The translations under genes and the position numbers were made by a program. 64,000 bases of DNA from Podarcis melisellensis (lineage: Eukaryota). The DNA is taken from the NCBI GenBank assembly GCA_964234715.1, contig OZ174281.1; one strand, given 5' to 3'. The notes beneath the pieces were generated by a model. That model searched no databases, was not told the DNA's origin, and saw only the letters and a program-made list of their open reading frames with translations. The first letter of the stretch is position 1. Each line of letters opens with the position of its first letter. Shown in pieces: positions 61,104 to 64,000 of this stretch.

Positions 61104-62586
61104 CAGTGTTTCCCAACCTTTTTTGGGCAAAGGCACACTTGTTTCATGAAAAAAATCTCGAGGCACACCACCATGCCAGATGGGGAAAGGTCACTTTTTA
61201 CTTATGTAAAAAAAAATAAAAAAATAGTAACAGCATAGAAGGTAATGGTTATCTCTTTGATGTCTGATGGGAGGGCATTCCACAGGGCGGGCGCCACTAC
61301 TGAGAAGGCCCTCTGCCTGGTTCCCTGTAACCTCACTTTTCACAGTGAGGGAATTGCCAGAAGGCCCTTGGCACTGGATCTCAGTGTCTGGGCTGAACGA
61401 TGGTGGCGGAGACGCTACTTCAGGTATACTGGACCGAAACCGCTTAGGGCTTTAAAGGTCAGCACCAACACTTTGAATTGTGCTCGGAAAGGTACTGGGA
61501 GCCAATGTAGGTCTTTCAAAACTGTCGTTACGTGGTCTCGGCGGCAGGTAGCAGCGCTCACAGCTTACGGACTGCACCGTGTAACAGGTGTCTGGCCCAG
61601 CAGCCTAAGGCGGACAAGCCACTGAAACAGGCATTCAGAATCCATTCATTTCATAAAACCTGCAGGGCTCAATCTCTGTGTTTGTGTATGTGTGTGTTTC
61701 TGTTTTGCCCAAGGGTCTGGGGGTGGGAGAGAGCTCTTTAGCATGATGCTTTTAAAACAATTAAATTATCAACAAACAAACCTGATGATACGAATAGCAA
61801 CGTCAGGTGCTACCGGGGGGGGAGGGGGCCTACTCGGAAGTAAATACTGCGTCCAGGCGCAATTAGCGCTGATTTAAGGTGCACCAAGACTGCCTAAAAA
61901 CCTCACCAAAGATATGCAACAAAGCGCTTCGTTGCAGAGGGGAGAGTTTGTGCACCGTGGAGGCTGGAGGGCTTCTATTCTACATGCGGGGGTTGGGGGG
62001 CGAGGAAAATGTGCTCCGTGGGGGGGCGGGGAAGGCAAGAAAAGGAGCTGAGCTCTAACTATAGGCTCCCACGCTTGAGCACGCCCGACTCGGTGGGGCG
62101 GACCACCCTCTCTCCTGGAGGAGGAGGAGGAAGAGGAGGAGGAGATTCCCATCCACGGCGTGGCCTCCCGCGCTCCTGAACGGGAAATCTCTGCAGCCCA
62201 AGACTCTCCACGAGGCAGCTCCTCCCTTCCTGCCTTGAGCCACCGCCAGCCGCGCCCCCCTCCCCAGTTATCTGCTGCCTGCCAAGCCCCGCCCCTCTTC
62301 ATTGTCCTCCCCTTCTGTTTATTCCCCTTCCTCCATCCCTCGCTTTTTTCCCTCTCTTTCCTTTTTTTAAAAAAATATTTTCTCTTCCTCTTCTTTTTTC
62401 CCACCCTTTCTTTTTTCTCTTTCTCCCCCCCCTCCCCGCCCTCCTGGGTTAAAGGATTTGAGCAATGGGTCTGGAGGTAGAGCTCATCGGAGGATTAGCC
62501 CGACTCGCCCGCCTCCCTCCCACGGCACACTAGGCAACGTCCGGCGGCACACTAGTGTGTCGCGGAACACCGGTTGGGAAACACTG
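61104..62586. mobile_element. Non-autonomous hAT transposon (1483 bp) with heterogeneous interior
   Basis: 15-bp TIR cagtgtttcccaacc / ggttgggaaacactg; perfect 8-bp TSD tcttagag at 61096-61103 and 62587-62594; subterminal ggcacac repeats at both ends. Confidence 0.9.
61245..61545 (-). mobile_element. Internal L2 ORF2 fragment inside the hAT element
   Basis: Reverse strand RRDHVTTVLKDLHWLPVPFRAQFKVLVLTFKAL...RQRAFSVVAPALWNALPSDIKEI; no L2 3' UTR or tail follows. Confidence 0.85.
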
Positions 62587-63974
62587 TCTTAGAGTGACTA
62601 TTAATCTCTTGCAAATTCATAATAAACCTGTTTTTTGTTGCCAGTGCTATAAAAAGCAGAGATTGCATTCATGCCAGGTAGGATATTGGCAGAACACGAC
62701 TAATTACAACAGAAATTTCAAAAGTATGCATTAATTTTTGTACATTGCAAAACTGTAAATTTCAGTTCCTTCTAATCTCCTCTCTGTTCCATGCATTTTA
62801 AAACTACACTGCTCTGTGATGTTCCTAAAGCTGACCACGAGATGTCACTACTAGCTAAGCATCAACAGTAAAGCATCACAAGAAATCAGGGGCCCAATCC
62901 AGTTAAATGTCTGTAAAGACAGCAGAGCCTCTGTTTCTTTTTTATCATCAGCAGGGTAAACTGTGTAGACTTCTTGTGTGCATGATCTCAAAAAAAAAAA
63001 AAAAAAAGGCAACGTATTATTATTTTTGGACGTATAATGGGATAGATGTGGGACAGAAACGATAGTTCTGATAGGAATGACTGAGCGAGGACAAGACTGT
63101 GCTCGGCAAATAAAAAGATTTCAGACCATCGTGTTGGTAAATTACCTGGACTCATGCTGAATGGTGGAACTGATTGATTCACAGTATACGTAGATATTCT
63201 GTCATGCTTGTCAGCCTCAGGCAGTATAAGACATAAAGACATTCATTACGGCATATTGAGGTGGAGGATAGGGTGTAAAATAGGCAGTGATCCATGGCTT
63301 TATGTATAGAATTCTCAGGTCATAACTTCCTCCCCAGCCCAGTACTTCTAAAAATAATTACTGAAGCAGCTCCTGATCCCTCCCCCTTCCACCATGCTGG
63401 GATTTTGATCCACTGTTCCCTCTAATGCCGGAATCGCCTGCTGAATGCTTCAATATATATATTTTTGCTACATAAAGGGGTCTGCAGGATGAAGAGCCTG
63501 GCATTTTTGGTGGCACACGTGAATGTTATATGTGTCTGCACAGCCTAGCATGCCTTCCCTTCTGCCAAAAGCTGCTCCTCTCCACCTACTCTCTAGGTGG
63601 CTGGGGAAAGGAAGCAGGCCTCTTCCAAAATGACAACCATCCAATTTGCTCTTTTTGCCTTAGTTTTTCAGTAAATTTAAACAGGTGACCATTCCTGCCA
63701 CCCACACCAATCTTTTCTGACAAATGAAACCAGGCTGACTGGGGAAGCAGAGCGTGAGAGAAGAGGTGATGGAGAGCATTGTGGCTGGTGATACTGGAGC
63801 CACTCAGGTCCAAAAGAACCAAGAGGGCCACATTTTCCTGCTGCATTACTGAGCCACCAAAAATTTATCGCAAACTGAATTCAAATCAATGGTCTGTAAT
63901 TCAGCCATGTAATGGCAAAGGTGTCTCCTAGTCCTTTTCTTGTTGAACTCCATTGTTTCATGGGTATTGAACAT

Positions 63975-64000
63975 GGTAAAAGGTAAAGGTAAAGGACCCC
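63975..64000 (-). mobile_element. 3' tail of a Sauria SINE running off the window edge
   Basis: ggtaaaaggtaaaggtaaaggacccc. Confidence 0.75.

Noticed and set aside
61874-62480. 176-aa (-) and 106-aa (+) ORFs in a GC-rich block, possible gene or promoter
   Set aside because: They lie inside a TIR/TSD-bounded hAT element, and the peptides are low-complexity products of purine and pyrimidine tracts.
1-64000. Prokaryotic-type systems (CRISPR arrays, operons, defence islands)
   Set aside because: The sequence is vertebrate intronic DNA; no regularly spaced repeat-spacer array or gene-dense region is present.

Overview
Eukaryotic (vertebrate) genomic DNA, almost certainly a squamate reptile and probably a lacertid lizard, judged from Sauria/POM-type SINEs, BovB, Squam3-like SINEs, CR1 and L2. 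The whole window lies inside one large + strand gene, the type II classical cadherin CDH12. Three internal coding exons are present (23978-24097, 120 bp; 31418-31585, 168 bp; 49901-50088, 188 bp). They splice in frame with GT-AG boundaries and encode most of EC2 and the first part of EC3. The rest is intron, densely filled with transposons: about 13 Sauria SINEs of at least 3 subfamilies, hAT and Tc1/mariner-type MITEs, fragments of CR1, L2, L1, BovB and an RTE-X-like LINE, two solo LTRs, and a young Penelope-like palindrome. Nearly all ORFs in the supplied track are repeat-derived or chance ORFs. The most interesting observations are: (1) two inverted solo LTRs that share an intact 110-codon frame with an Arg-rich core showing only synonymous differences; (2) an L2 tail sitting on the donor of the 188-bp exon, which creates an in-frame poly-Leu (TM-like) read-through with a downstream AATAAA; (3) a 1.5-kb hAT element apparently carrying captured sequence; (4) a perfect 79-bp Penelope hairpin with hammerhead remnants. 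Family names come from motif recognition, not database searches.
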